From Mobula hypostoma (taxonomy: Eukaryota), in the NCBI RefSeq assembly GCF_963921235.1, contig NC_086097.1, positions 170,874,001-170,938,000 of the forward strand: DNA of 64,000 nt, written 5' to 3'. The notes under the pieces were generated by a model. That model saw only the letters and a program-made list of their open reading frames with translations, was not told where the DNA came from and searched no databases. A program made the position numbers and the translations under genes. Every line of letters begins with the position of its first letter. Position 1 is the first letter of the stretch. Of the stretch, positions 26,370 through 39,896 are shown piece after piece.

Positions 26370-26955
26370 CCAGATTCAATTCGACTTCCTAGTCATATAC
26401 TGTCATGTCAGTCCATGGCCTCCTCCACTACCACAATGATTCCAAACTCAGGTTGGGGGAGCAACACCTCACATATCCTCCAACTTCAAGGCATGAACTT
26501 CAATCTCTCTAACTTCCAGGAATTACTCCCCCCTCCCCTCTTCTCTCTTTATCAGTTCTCCATTCTGGTTACCCTCTCACCCTTGCACTTCTCCTCAACT
26601 CCCTATGGTTCCCCTCCTCATTGGCATAATTCTATGGTCCACTGTCCTCTCATATTAGATTTCTTCTTCTTCGGCCCTTTACCTCTTCCCTCCATAACCT
26701 CCATACTTCTTATTTCATCCTGCCTCAACCACCCCTCCACCTTCCCCCTCACATGGTCTCACCTACCTCCTGCCAGCTTGTACCCTACCCCCACCTTCTT
26801 TTCCTGGTTTCTTCACCATCATTTTCAATCCTGATTAAGGTCTTGGCCTGAAACATCATCTGTTAATTCCACTCCGTTGATGTTGCCTGACCCACTGAGT
26901 TCCGGCAGGAGATAGTTTATTTCTCCAGATTCCAGCACCTACATTCTCTTGTTTT
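26370..26955 (+). mobile_element. Penelope-like 3' fragment, old
   Basis: Resembles the reverse complement of 12060-12230, followed by the terminus; decayed motif aatcctgattaaggtcttggcctgaaacatc. Confidence 0.75.
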
Positions 26956-28254
26956 TAAGGTTTGTTGCAATAACTCACCCTCTTATTCCCAGGGTTGGAG
27001 CTGGACAATCTGAGGATTACTTGTGTGAATGTGCCTGCTGCTGACACTGTGACTGCATTGCCACTTTTCACTCCTCACAAAATCCGGCACCTATGACCGA
27101 ACTTCCTATAGTTTTCCAACAGGAGATATTCTGGAGAAACAAGAGACCACAGATGCTGGAATCTGGGGCAACATATACGATGGTGAATGAACAACAGAGC
27201 ATAGACAGGGTGAATGCACTTAATCTTTTTCCCAGGGTTGGGGAATCAGGAACTAGAAGGCATAGTTTTAAGGTGAGAGTGGAAAGACTGAATATGTAAT
27301 TGAGGGTTATTGTTTTTTACACAAAGGATTGTATCTCTGTAAAATCAGTGGCCGGAGGAAGTGGTTGAGGCAGCTGCAGTAATAAGTTTTAGAAGCCGGT
27401 TCGACAGGTACATGATTTGGGAAGGTTTACATAGAAGATCGAACAGTACAACACAGAATGGACCCTTCGACCCACAATATTTTGGATGCCATTTCCAGAA
27501 TCAATCCAACTCTTCCCTCCTATATAGCCCATAACCCTCCCTTTTTTTCATCCATGTGCCTATCTAAGAGTCTCTTAAAAGTCCCTAGTGCATCAGCTCT
27601 ATCACTACTCCCAGAAGTACATTCCAGCCACATAAATCTCTCTGTGTAAAAAAAAAACTACTTCTGATATCTCCTCTGAACTCTCCTCCACTTAAATGAA
27701 TGCCATTGCCTCCTGGGAAATGAAGTGTTCACTGGCCACTCTACTTGCGTTTCTTATAACCTTATACATCTCTGTCAAGTCACCTCTCATCCACCCTCAC
27801 TCCAAAGAGAAAGGCTCAAGCTCACTCAATCTTTCCTTATAAGACATGTTCTCTAATTCAGGCAGCATCCTGGTAAATCTCCTCATCACACTCTCTAATT
27901 CTTCCACTCCTTCCTTTGATAAGGCGACCAGAACTGAACGCAATACTCCAAGTGCAGTTTTATAGATCTGCAAGATTACCTTGTGCTCTTGGACTTAATC
28001 CCCTCAGTAATGAAGGCCAACACATCATATACATCTTCTTAACTATCCTATCAACTTGCACAGCAACTTTGATCTCAAGATCCCTCTGTTCCTCCACTGC
28101 TAAGAATCCTACCATTAACCTTGTACCCTGCCTTCAAATGTGAAACGTAATGGGCCAAATGCTGGCAACTGGGATTAATTTGGATAGGGCATCATGGTTA
28201 AGGTGGAGCAGTTATACTGAAGGGCCTGTTTCTGTGCCATACAACTCTGTAAAT

Positions 28255-28590
28255 CAGTGGGTCGAGTAGCCTCCATGGAGGGGAATGAACAATCAATATT
28301 TTAGGTTGACATCCTTCATCTAGACTGAAAGATGGAGGCAAAATAGCCTGTATAAAGAGGTGAGGGGAAGTGGTGGAGCAAGAGCTGGCAGGCATTAGTG
28401 GATCCAGGTGAGGAGGGGAGAAGGAGAGAGTAGAAATAGCAAAATAGGCTGGTAGGAGATAGGTGATGCTGATGAAGGGCTGCAAGTGGTGGGACCTGAT
28501 TGGAAGGGAATATGGAGCATGGAACTAGATGAGGGTGACGGGTGAAGGAGTCTGCGGCTGATGTGGGAAATATTCTGACTGAGCCCATGG
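28255..28590 (-). mobile_element. Penelope-like 3' fragment, old
   Basis: Reverse complement shows tttcagtctagatgaaggatgtcaacctaaaatattgattg after a pyrimidine-rich region. Confidence 0.6.
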
Positions 28591-29017
28591 CAGGCTGGAC
28601 CAGTTACAGATTCAGTAATTCTATTCATTCTAATCAAGAGGATTATGCAAATTTCCCACAAATTTACACCTTTTTAAAATTAATTGATTTGGATTAAATC
28701 ATTAACTTAGTTTTTTTAAAAAATGTTTTAATTATTTTCAAATATGTATTTTTTAAATTTTTAACCATGTTTAAATTTTTAATAGTGGGTTTAATTATTA
28801 CCAGCTTTATTTTATTTTTGATTATTTGTGAATGTTACAGGTTTTTACCAATTATTTTGACTATTCTGTTTGTCATTGCCTCTGGGGCTGTGGCTTAACT
28901 TGCTGTCTAAGGATCTTTGGGGCTAGATCTTGCCGTTCATAGTGGGATGACCATCAGTCAGGAGTTAGGGCTTATAGGGAGCAGCCTCATTTAGCGTGAT
29001 GCTCAATATGGCTATAA

Positions 29018-30147
29018 TAGAAACATAGAAACATAGAAAATAGGTGCGGGAGTAGGCCATTCGGCCTTTCGAGCCTGCACCGCCATTCAGTATGATCATG
29101 GCTGATCATCCAACTCAGAACCCTGTACCTGCCTTCTCTCCATACCCCCTGATCTCTTTAGCCACAAGAGCCATATCTAACTCCCTCTTAAATATAGCCA
29201 ATGAACTGACCTCAACTGTTTGCTGTGGCAGAGAATTCCACAGATTCACAACTCTTTGTGTGAAGAAGTTTTTCCTCATCTCGGTCCTAAAATGCTTCTC
29301 CTTTATCCTCAGACTGTGATCCCTCATTCTGGACTTCCCCAACATCGGGAACAATCTTCCTACATCTAGCCTGTCCAATCCCTTTAGAATTTTATACGTT
29401 TCAATAAGATCCCCCCTCAATCTTCTAAATTCCAGAGAGTATAAGCCTAGTCGATCCAGTCTTTCATCATATGAAAGTCCTGCCATCCCAGGAATCAATC
29501 TGGTGAACCTTCTTTGTACTCCCTCTATGGCAAGAATGTCTTTCCTCAGATTAGGGGACCAAAACTGCACACAGTACTCCAGGTGTGGTCTCACCAAGGC
29601 CTTGTACAAGTGCAGTAGTACCTCCCTGCTCCTGTACTTGAATCCTCTTGCTATAAATGCCAGCATACCATTCGCCTTTTTCACTGCCTGCTGTACCTGC
29701 ATGCCCACTTTCAATGACTGGTGTACAATGACACCCAGGTCTCGTTGCACCTCCCCTTTTCCTAATCGGCCACCATTCAGATGATAATCTGTTTTCCTGT
29801 TCTTGCCACCAAAGTGGATAACCTCACATTTATCCACATTAAATTGTATCTGCCATGAATTTGCCCACCCACCTACCCTATCCAAGTCACCCTGCGTCCT
29901 CTTAGCATCCTCCTCCTAGCTAACACTGCCACCCAGCTTCGTGTCATCCGCAAACTTGGAGATGCTGCATTTAATTCCCTCGTCTAAGTCATTAATATAT
30001 ATTGTATACAACTGGGGTCCCAGCACTGAGCCTTGCGGTACCCCACTAGTCACTGCCTGCCATTCTGAAAAGGTCCCATTTATTTCCACTCTTTGCTTCC
30101 TGTCTGCCAACCAATTCTATATCCACATCAATACCATACCCCCAATA
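29018..30147 (-). mobile_element. Young CR1 LINE, 5'-truncated
   Basis: ORFs 29916..30110 ([19 protein letters not shown]) and 29115..29885 (256 aa ORF2 C-terminus); (TTTCTATG)n tail; very similar to 53171-54294. Confidence 0.95.
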
Positions 30148-30520
30148 ATGCAAATTGAAATATCAGGAATATGTTATAAACCTGTCAATAAAGAAAATAA
30201 TCGGATGATGTAATCTGCCTCAGCTTCTGAGCTAAGAATTAATGGAAAGTCATATCTGATTACAATTTGTCCAAGCTGATTATCTCCATTTGATCTACTG
30301 TGAAGCCCTTTAAACATTTACACAGCGGCAAGAGTGAGATGTGCACTATGGTGCATCGGACACAAATATGCACAGGAATACCTCGATGAAAAAGTTTGAG
30401 GAAGAAATGCTAGTTCCAGACCATATAACTGTTTCACAGAACATAGAACATTGAACAATACAGTACAGTACAGGCCCTTCATCCTATAAAGCTGTGCCCA
30501 CCTTTCAATCTACACTATGA

Positions 30521-31463
30521 CTGTCTTGTCTCCCTTTCTCTTCACCATTTACACCTCGGACTTCAACTACTACACAGAGTCTTGTCATCTTCAGAAGTTT
30601 TCGGATGACTCTGCCATAGTCGGATGCATCAGCAAGGGAGATGAGGCTGAGTACAGGGCTACGGTAGGAAACTTTGTCACATGGTGTCAGCAGAATTATC
30701 TACAGCTTAGTGTGAGAAAGACTAAGGAGCTGGTGGTAGACCTGAGGACAGCTAAGGTACCGGTGACCCCTGTTTCCATCCAGGGGGTCAGTGTGGACAT
30801 GGTGGAGGATTACAAGTACCTGGGGATATGAATTGACAATAAACTGGACTGGTCAAAGAACACTGCGGCTGTCTACAAGAAGGATCAGAGCCGTCTCTAT
30901 TTCCTGAGGAGACTGAGGTCCTTTAACACCTACTGGACGATGCTGAGGATGTTCTACGAGTCTGTGGTGGCCATTGCTATCATGTTTGCTGTTGTGTGCT
31001 GGGGCAGCAGGCTGATGGTAGCAGACACCAACAGAATCAACAAACTCATTCGTAAGGCTAGTGATGTTGTGGGGATGGAACTGGACTCTCTGACGGTGGT
31101 GTCTGAAAAGAGGGTGCTGTCCAAGTTGCGTGCTATCTTGAACAATGTCTCCCATCCACTACATAATGTACTGGGTGGGCACAGGAGTACATTCAGCCAG
31201 AGACTCATTCCACCGAGATGCAACACAGAGCATCATAGGAAGACATTCCTGCCTGTGGCCATCAAACTTTACAACTCTTCCCTTGGAGGGTCAGACACCC
31301 TGAGCCAATAGGCTGGTCCTGGACTTATTTCATAATTTACTGGCATAATTTACATATTACTATTTCACTATTTATGGTTTTTATTACTGTTTAATTATTT
31401 ATGGTGCAACTGTAATGAAAACCAATTTCCCCTGGAATCAATAAAGTATGACTATGACTATGA
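30521..31463 (+). mobile_element. Rex1/Babar-type LINE, 5'-truncated
   Basis: VLSPFLFTIYTSD, KFSDDSAIVG, KTKELVVD, YKYLG and FLPVAIKLYN; AATAAA followed by a (TATGAC)n tail; ACTATGA at both ends. Confidence 0.9.
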
Positions 31464-32810
31464 TCAACCTAACCTTCCCCTTCAAGATAGCCCTCCATCT
31501 TTCTTTCATCTATTTCAGTTTATTGAAAGCACAATAAGCCATCTTAATGAATTGCTGCATTCCTTCTGCTGAAGATGTTCTGACAGTAATGTTGGGTAGG
31601 GTGTTCCAGGAGTTGGATTCAGTGATGATGAAGGAATGACCAAGTCAGGATGGTGTACCACTTGGAAAGGAACCTGCCTGTTGTGTGTCTGCTGCCCTTG
31701 CTCTTCTTGGTAGTAGATGCTTTGGTCTTGGGAGGTGCTGAGTAACCGCAGTGTGTTTTGTAGATGGTTCACACTATGTGGAGGGATTGCGTGTTTAGGT
31801 TGGTGTATGAGGTGTTCGTTAAGTGGGTGGCTTTGCCTGGGAGAGAGTCGAGTTTCTTGAGAATTGTTGAAGCTGCACTCATCTAAGGTGATGGAGAGTA
31901 TTCCGTCACACTCCTGACTTTTTGCCTTATAGATTGTGGAATGTCAGATGGTAGGAGGTGAGAAAGCCTGCTTCTTATGTGCTCTTTTAACAGTGCAATG
32001 TACGGGGCTCATTCAGTTGCATTTCTGGTCAATGGTATTGGTATTAGTATTGGTTTATTATTGTCACAGGTAGAAAGATACAGAGGAAAGTTTGTTTTGC
32101 ATATTGTGCATTCAGATCATATTATTACACAGTGCATTGGGGTAGAAAAAGGCGAAACAATAGCAGAATTCAGAATAAAGTATAACACCTACTGAGAAAG
32201 TGCAGTGCAAGTAAACAGTAAAGTACAAGATCATCACAAGGTAGATGATCTTGTCGTACTATAGTATATCTTATTGCACTAGTGAACAGTGACTGTGGGG
32301 ACTCAGCAGTGGTAGTGACATGGAAAGGCAATGATCAATGGTTTGTCTCTTTCTTTTTATGGAGATGTTTCCTGCTTGGCACTTCTGTGGTGTGAATGCC
32401 ATTTGCCACATATTGGTCCATGTCCGATTGCTATCTATGAACTGCTGCATACAGGCACCCATTACTTTATTTGCTGGAAAATTTATTATATCAGCACATG
32501 CTCTTGCAAGTGAGAGACAGCTTCTTGGTTCATGCATAACACTGAACCTATTTGATGCATTGTATACACCACTGGTGATAAATATACACAACAATTTCAT
32601 AATTAAAGATTAATGATCCCTAAGATATCACTTTGTATATTGACACAACCACACATAATTTTATCATGGGAAAGCTAGGTGCCATTAACATGAAGCAAAT
32701 TCAAATCAAGGATGTACCATAGTGAGAGGTGAGAAGATTAGGATAACTACAGTGTTGCTTTCCCTGTAATGGGCAAATGCAACACTGCCAATTGCAGTGG
32801 CTGTGAACAG

Positions 32811-33309
32811 AGACACAAGAAATTCTGCAGATGCTGTAAATCCTGAGCAGCACACACAAAATGCTGAAGGAATCCTGTTTTAAGATGCTTGGAAGTAAGT
32901 ACAGGGGAGATGTCAGGGGTAAATTTATTACGTAGAGTGGTGAGTGCGTGGAATGGGCTGTGGTGGAGGCAGACACAATAGGGTCTTTTAAGAGACTCCC
33001 GGATAGGTACATGGAGCTTAGAAAAATAGAGGGCTATAGGTAACCCTAGGTAATTTCCAAAGTAAGTACATGTTCGGCACAGCATTGTGGGCTGAAGGTC
33101 CTGTATTGTGCTGTAGTTATTCTATGTTTCTATGAATTCAGCAGGTCAGTCAGGCTGAGACCCATCATGAGGATCAGAGTCCTGACTGAATTTAATTGAC
33201 CTGAACTCTGACAAATTAGCTCAGCTCAAATGATCTACTGTTCATTTTCCTCAACGAAAGCTGCCTGACCTGCTGGGTTCCTGTAGCATTTTGTGTGTAT
33301 TGCTGAATG
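32811..33309. mobile_element. Penelope-type fold-back element interrupted by a CR1 3' fragment (about 32873-33134)
   Basis: Inverted PLE termini flanked by TGTGAACAG direct repeats (32802-32810 and 33310-33318); internal CR1 end with a tctatgtttctatg tail. Confidence 0.65.
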
Positions 33310-33764
33310 TGTGAACAGGCTAGTTCTGCTGGGAAGAAGCTAGTCAAAGGAGTCGAGTGTGGATTGGAAATATAAATTCAGTGACAATACTTAACGACTG
33401 TTTCAGTTAGCTTCTGATAAAATATGAATAGATGTTTAAGGATTCTTACAACAGCATCAAGGTACTGAAGCTTACAACCATATAAGGTTACCCTGTGTAA
33501 ACCTCAGGCAGAGCCAGTATGATGTATTGGTGAAAGCAGCACTGGGTGATAGAGTAATTCCTGCAGAAGTGGTATCTAATTTAATAAGATTGCTTGGTTG
33601 TACAGATATAGAGTCAGAGAGCATGGAGTCAGGTACTTCAGCCTAACTGGTGCATACTGACCAAGTTTCCATCTGAGTTAGTCCCAGCTGACTGTGTTTG
33701 GCCCATAGCCCTCTAAATCTGTATACCTGAACAAGTGTGTTTTCAATGTTGTTAATAGCCTCTC

Positions 33765-34490
33765 ATGGTCCCAGAACACTTTCTGCACAACCAGGAAAGC
33801 TCACCAATGCCTTTACTTTACGAGGAGGCAGTAGAGAGCTGGCCTTTGCACATCTATACTCACATCACTCTACAGATGTGCAGTAGAGAGCATCCTAACA
33901 AGCGGCATCTGTGCATAGTGTGGAAACTGCACCGCGGCGAGCAGGAGGGCTCTACATATGGTTGTCAAAACTGCCCAGTGCACCACTGGCACTAGCCTAT
34001 CTACCACCAAGGACAGATAAACAGAAAGATGCTAGAAAAGGGCCTGTAACATCATGAAGGATCCCACTCACCCTACATATGGACCGCTTGACCCACTTCT
34101 ATCAGGAAGGAGGCCACATAATATCCACACCAGGACCAGCAGACTTAAAAACAGTTATTTTTCCCGAGGATTAAGGCTGATGAACACCTCCACCCAGTAA
34201 CCTACCCCTCCACACCTCTTCCTCTATCACTGCTTTATCACTTCCTGTCAGTCACCTTAAGTACGGATACTCCAGTGCCTGGTGTCACTTTATAAACATA
34301 CCATCAATCTATGTATATAAGTTACCTTACGCATTTCTAAGTATTTATTGTGTTTTTTATATTATTATTGAATTCTTTATCTTATTGTGTTATTTTTGGG
34401 CTGCATCAGAGCCAGAGTAACAATTATTTCATTCTTCTTTAAATTGTGTACTGGAAATGACATTAAAAAATCTTGAATCTTGAATCTTGT
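33765..34490 (+). mobile_element. Rex1/L2-type LINE 3' fragment inserted in a CR1 tail
   Basis: aaggatcccactcaccc...tatcaggaaggagg...aaacagttatttttccc motif and (ATCTTGA)n tail. Confidence 0.7.
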
Positions 34491-34974
34491 ACTTGCCTCA
34501 ACCACTTTCTGTGGCAGCTTGTTCCATACACTGAACACTCCCTGTGGTGGCTCAAGGATTTCTATTAGATCTCTCCCCTCTCACCCTGAACCTATGTCCT
34601 CTAGTTCTCTAGTTTACCCCTCAGTCTCCAACACTCCAATGAATAAAGTGCCAAACGGCTCAAGCTCTCTCTGTAACACAGTCCCTCGAGTCCTGGTGAC
34701 ATTCTCTTAAATCTCCTCTGCACTCTTTTCAGTCTTATGTCATTTTTCCTATGGCAATATTACATAAAGTTACATATTCCAACTGTGATGTGACCAATGT
34801 CTTGGATAACTGCAACGTACCATTCTAACTTTGATACTTCATGCCGTACTGATGAAGATCAGTATGCTAAAATCCTTCTTTTCCACCTTTTCTACCTGTG
34901 ATGCCACCTTTAGGGAACCAACTACTTGCATTTATAAGTCCCTCTATGTTATAAAATTCTCTTTTAACAGAGCA

Positions 34975-35702
34975 GTAGATGATGAATTTTGCACCCTGCT
35001 CTGATCTCAAGGTTTCATTCAATCATTCAGGTGCCTTGCCGTTCAGCGTGGGCGATCATGTCTCTCCATCCATCACGGTCCCTGACCCTCCGAATTGTAG
35101 TTGTTGCCTCCCCTGTTTCTAACCATGATGTTATTCCATCTATCATTTTCATTCTCTGTCTGCCTCTGCTTCTTTTTCCTTCCAGCTTCCCAGTTGTAAC
35201 TAAATGTTCTAATGTCTCTCTTCGCATGATGTGTCCAAGGAATTTTCATTGCTGTTTTCTGATTTTTTTAAGTAATGTACGTTTTGTTTTCCTTCTCTGT
35301 AGAACTTCTTCGTGGTTATCCTGTCCGTATATGATATGCATAGTATTCTTCTGAGGAGCCACATCTCTGATGCGTTGATTCTTTTTTCCATTGCATTTGT
35401 GATGGTCCATGACTCGCAGCCATACATCAATATAGGAAGAATGTAGCAGCTGAGAGTTCTAAGGCGGATGTCAATTGCTATTTTCTTGTTCGTTAGGATG
35501 TTTCTCATTTCTGTAAATGCTGTTCTTGCCATTGCTATTCTTGCTTTTATGTCTGTTTCGCATTTGCCATCAGATGTTACCCATGATCCAAGGTACTTGA
35601 AGTTGTGAACTTGCTTCAGGATTTCATTTCCCAATACAATCCTACAGTTTGGGATATCAGGTTTAGTTGATAGTACCATTACCTCAGTTTTCTTTTTGTT
35701 TA
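34975..35702 (-). mobile_element. RTE-clade LINE 3' fragment, second family
   Basis: KKTEVMV, FKYLGSWVTSDG, ILMYGCESWT, GKLEGKRSRGRQR and WRDMIAH. Confidence 0.88.
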
Positions 35703-36124
35703 AGGAGTCGGTGCTGTGCAATTGCTCAGCAAAAGGAGGAGTCAGGCGCTCCTTCTGTCCGATAGCCTACAGGTCACCCTTGGGCAAGGTGTAGTACCTG
35801 TTTAGCCTCCCAATCAGGGTCACGTGAAGCCATGATTTGCAGGTGATGGATGGTTTTACAAGCAGATGCTACAATTGGAATTTATGGTTGTAAAACTAAA
35901 AACGCTGGGCAGAGGAATCTGCTGATCAATGGCCAGGTTTACCCGTCCAGTATGGATGCTGCAACTGAAGAAGGCAACTGGAAACCACTTCAATATTCCC
36001 CCCTTGTACAATCATGAACTCAAATCAACTATGGTCTCAAGGTTTATTTGTAGTAATAATCTTCAGTTGACCTCTGTCCCCCACTTGAACTCAGCACATT
36101 GTCAAAGGACAGTGAGAATCACAA

Positions 36125-36870
36125 TCAGAATCAGGTTTAACATAGTGCACGTCATGAAATGTATTACTGTCTGACAGCAGTACCATGCTCAACAAAAACA
36201 ATTGCTGTAAGTTACAATAATTAGTAAATAAATAATGTGAAAGGGGAATACTGAGGTAACATGCATAGATTCATGGACTGGTCAAAAATCTGATGGTAGA
36301 GAGGAAGAAGCTGTTCCTAGTCTGTACCTCCTCCTGGGCAGTAATGAGAATAGAGCATGTCCCGAGTAGTGATGAGTGCCATCTTCCTGAGGCACCACCT
36401 TTAGAAGAGATTCTCAGTGGTGGGGAGGGCCACACCTATGATGGGCCTGGCGGTGTCAACAATCTCTGCAGCCTCTTTCAAACCTCTGTATTGAAGCCTC
36501 CATACAGATGGTGATGCAACCAATCACAATGTTGTGCACAGAATATCTGCAGAAATTTGCTGGAGTCTTTGGTGACATACCAAATCTCCTAGCTCCTAAT
36601 GACGTATAACTGTGCTGTGCTTTCTTCATGATCTCATTTGTGTGGTGGGCCCAGGATAGATCCTGTGAGTTGTTGCCCAGGAACCTGAAGCTGCTCACTA
36701 ATTCCACTTAGGATCCCTCAGTGAGGTCATGTGTGTGTTCTCCTGACCCCCCCCTCCTGAAGATCACCAGCTATTCCCTGGTCTTGCTGATCTGAGTGCA
36801 ACGATGTTGTTGCACACTCCTCAGCCAGCCAGTCTACCTTGCTCCCATTTGCCTCTTCATTGCCATCTTC
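36125..36870 (-). mobile_element. Rex1-type LINE 3' fragment
   Basis: ORF 36456..36707(-) VSSFRFLG...DLSWAHH...RRFGMSPKT; (TCTGAT)n tail. Confidence 0.75.
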
Positions 36871-37273
36871 AATCAACACTACTTGGTAATTAACTTTCAC
36901 CATAAGGTTAAACGTTAGGACAGGTAGCCATCATTTAAACTATTCCTAGCAGCAATGTGGCGAGGGATCCAGAAATGAGTGTGCAGAGTGGGTAATTATG
37001 TATACTGACCATGGAGAAAGAAGATATGTAAAGACAGTAATACTTCACTGATGAAGTATTTGGAAGAGGTCATTAACACAGTTGAGTGAGAGGGAAGCTG
37101 ATACGCTTTCTGCAAAAAAAAACAATATCAGGGAGATGTACGAGGCATTTTTGTTAACTGAGAATGGTAGGTTCTGTAGTTGTGGCAAGGGATGCAATAG
37201 CAACTTTTAAGAAGAGACTATTATAGAGGAACGTAAACATGCAGGGAACTTAGGGATATGAAGAATTAATTTA

Positions 37274-37449
37274 CACATACAATATGTTGGGGGAACTCAG
37301 CAGTTTAGGCAGCATCAATGGAGGGAAGTAAACGGTAGGCATTTTGGGGCGAGACCCCCTATAGATGCTGCCTGACCTGCTGAGTTCCTCCAGCATTTCG
37401 TGCATGTTGATTGAGATTTCCAGTGTCTGCAGAATTTCTTGTGTCAGGG
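37274..37449. mobile_element. Penelope-type fold-back mini-element inserted in a CR1 tail
   Basis: gaactcagcag...gcagcatc is inverted relative to gatgctgcc...ctgctgagttc; ATTAATTTA direct repeats at 37265-37273 and 37450-37458. Confidence 0.65.
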
Positions 37450-39896
37450 ATTAATTTAATTTGGCATCGTGTTCAGCACAGACATTGTGGGTAGAATGGC
37501 TTGTTCCTATGCTCTAGTGTTCTATGTTTTATGCTTTGGTGGATGTCAAAATTAACCAGTAGTGGACCAGTCTAAGATTGGAATATTATCTGGACTAAAG
37601 CAGAGAGAAGTTACAAGAACATGTAGGCCAGGGTATAAAGAATAGGAATTGGCTATTCAGCCCCTCAAACCTACTCTGCCATTCATAAGACCATGACTAA
37701 TCTTTGATCTCAGCACCACAGATCCTACAATATATCCCTTGAGTCCCTGTTGCAGAAAGGGGAACAGAGATTTGGTACATCCAGTGGGGAACTGGAATTG
37801 CTTTACTATTGTCATAGGCACTAAGCTTGTCTTGCATACAGTTCATGCACATCAGATCATTATACAGTTCATTAAGGTAGCACAAGATAATGGAATAACA
37901 GAGTCCAGAATGAAGTGTAACAACTACAGAGAAAGTACAGTGCAGGTAAACATTAAAGTGCAAGGTGATAATGAGGTAGATTATTAAGTTAAGAGTTCAT
38001 TTTATTACACTAATGAACCATAAAGCCTTAAAACAGTGAGGAAGAACTGCCATTGAGCCTGGTGGTATATACTTTCAGTATTTCAGTCTTCTGCCTGATG
38101 GCGGTTGAGGTCTTTGATTATGCTGACTGCTTCACCAAGACATCAAAATGTCTAGACAGTCCATGTAAGGGATATTGGTTCCCATGATGTGCTGAGCTGT
38201 GTCCACAACTCTGTAGTTTCTTGTGGACATGTGCAGAGCAGTTGTCATAACCAGCCATAATGGATCTGTTAAGATGGTGAATGAACAAAAATTAGTGAGA
38301 ACTGATGAGGACAGAACAAATCTCTTTAGCCTCCTGAGGAATTAAAGGCATTGGCAGATTTTTTTGGGAGTGGAATCAATGTGGTTAGACCAGGACAGGC
38401 TATTGGGAAGAGTCACAACTGAGATACACCAAATGTATTGGAAACACTGGAAGTCATAAAGAGCTGATGTTACACCCAAACTCCTTACTGTACCCCTGGG
38501 TGTAAAATGTCCCCTGAACCAGCAAAGTGGAAGGGATCACTGATCATAATCAATTATTGACAGAAGCACAGTAATGGGTTCCTGGAATAACTGAGTTAAA
38601 CCAACTTTGAGCTAAAAATACTGTATGCTCAAGTAATTGCTCTTGTTGGAAGAGCAGTCTGGCCTGTAATTTCATTTGAGTGTGGCCCCAGGGTGTATCT
38701 ACCAAGGATAGCACAACAAACTGAATTTGAAGTCATTTAAGTGGAATTTAAAGTAATTTCAACTAATTGCAGCCACGTTAGAGGAATGATGAATGAGCTT
38801 CAGCTGGCAGTGGTCGATGTGGCTGCAGATATTGAAGGCAGGTTAGTGTGCTTATGATTGCTGTATAACTATGACTCTGGGTGAAACTAGATGAGTGACC
38901 CAGCTTGTGGGCAGGGGTTACTCTGAGAAGGCCGGCATTAATGTCAGTGCAAAAGTGCTCCAGTTACTGGCCCAGGCTACCCTGAGAACACCTCCCTAAC
39001 CTAAAACGTGTGCCACGAAGGTCGATAAGGCAGAGGGTGCATGAGAGCACCACCACCTGAATGTTCTCCTCAGAATCATGCATGGAAAGATAGCACCGGT
39101 GTTTCATTGAGAATTGGAAATGGTTTATCATTGCAACATGCTCTGAAATACAGTGAAAATCTTGTCCTGCGTACTGTTTATACAGATCAGATCATTGCAC
39201 AGTGTATTTAGGTAGTACAAGGAACGAAAATAACAGAATTCAGCTAGTGAAAGTGTGGGGCAGGTAGACAATAAGGTGCTAGATCATAACAAGGTAGATT
39301 GCAAGGTCAAGAGCCCATCTTATTCGCCCATCTCTGCTCCCCAACATGGCTTTAGCAGTATCGTCATCAGAAGGACTGAAGCAGCACAAAAGGCAGCTCA
39401 CCATTTTCTCGAGGGCGATTACGAACAGGCAATAAATGCGGCCCTTAGCAGCAAAGTCCAGAGGCTCAAATGCATAACAAATAAGTAAAGATTTCAGGAA
39501 CCCTTGTTTAAAAGGGTTACAGGCTAGACTTATACTTCTTGTGCTGCCAAGTCAGGTTATTGGTAGGTCTATTGTTGTCATATGTGCAGTGAAAGCTTTG
39601 TTTTACAGATCATCCATGCAGATCATCTTGCAACTTGTGTGCTTCGATGTAGCACAAGGGAAAAACAATAACGGAATATGGGATATGGTGTTACAGAGAA
39701 AGTGCCATGCAAATTAGAAGAAAAAAAGATAACAGTGAGACCTGGATGACTAATAACTACCCATTTATTCTAATCCAGCATTAATCCTATTTTTTATTCC
39801 CCCCACATTCTCTTCAGCTCCCTCAGATTCTACCACTTAGCTGCATGCCCTTGGGATGTGGGAGAGAAAGCCAGCACAGAGAGAAAATCTTCATGG

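Noticed and set aside
28670..28870. Very AT-rich stretch
   Set aside because: Low complexity with no discernible structure.
29503..29784. Antisense ORF repeated at 53535..53816
   Set aside because: Shadow frame of the CR1 RT shared by two young copies, not a gene.
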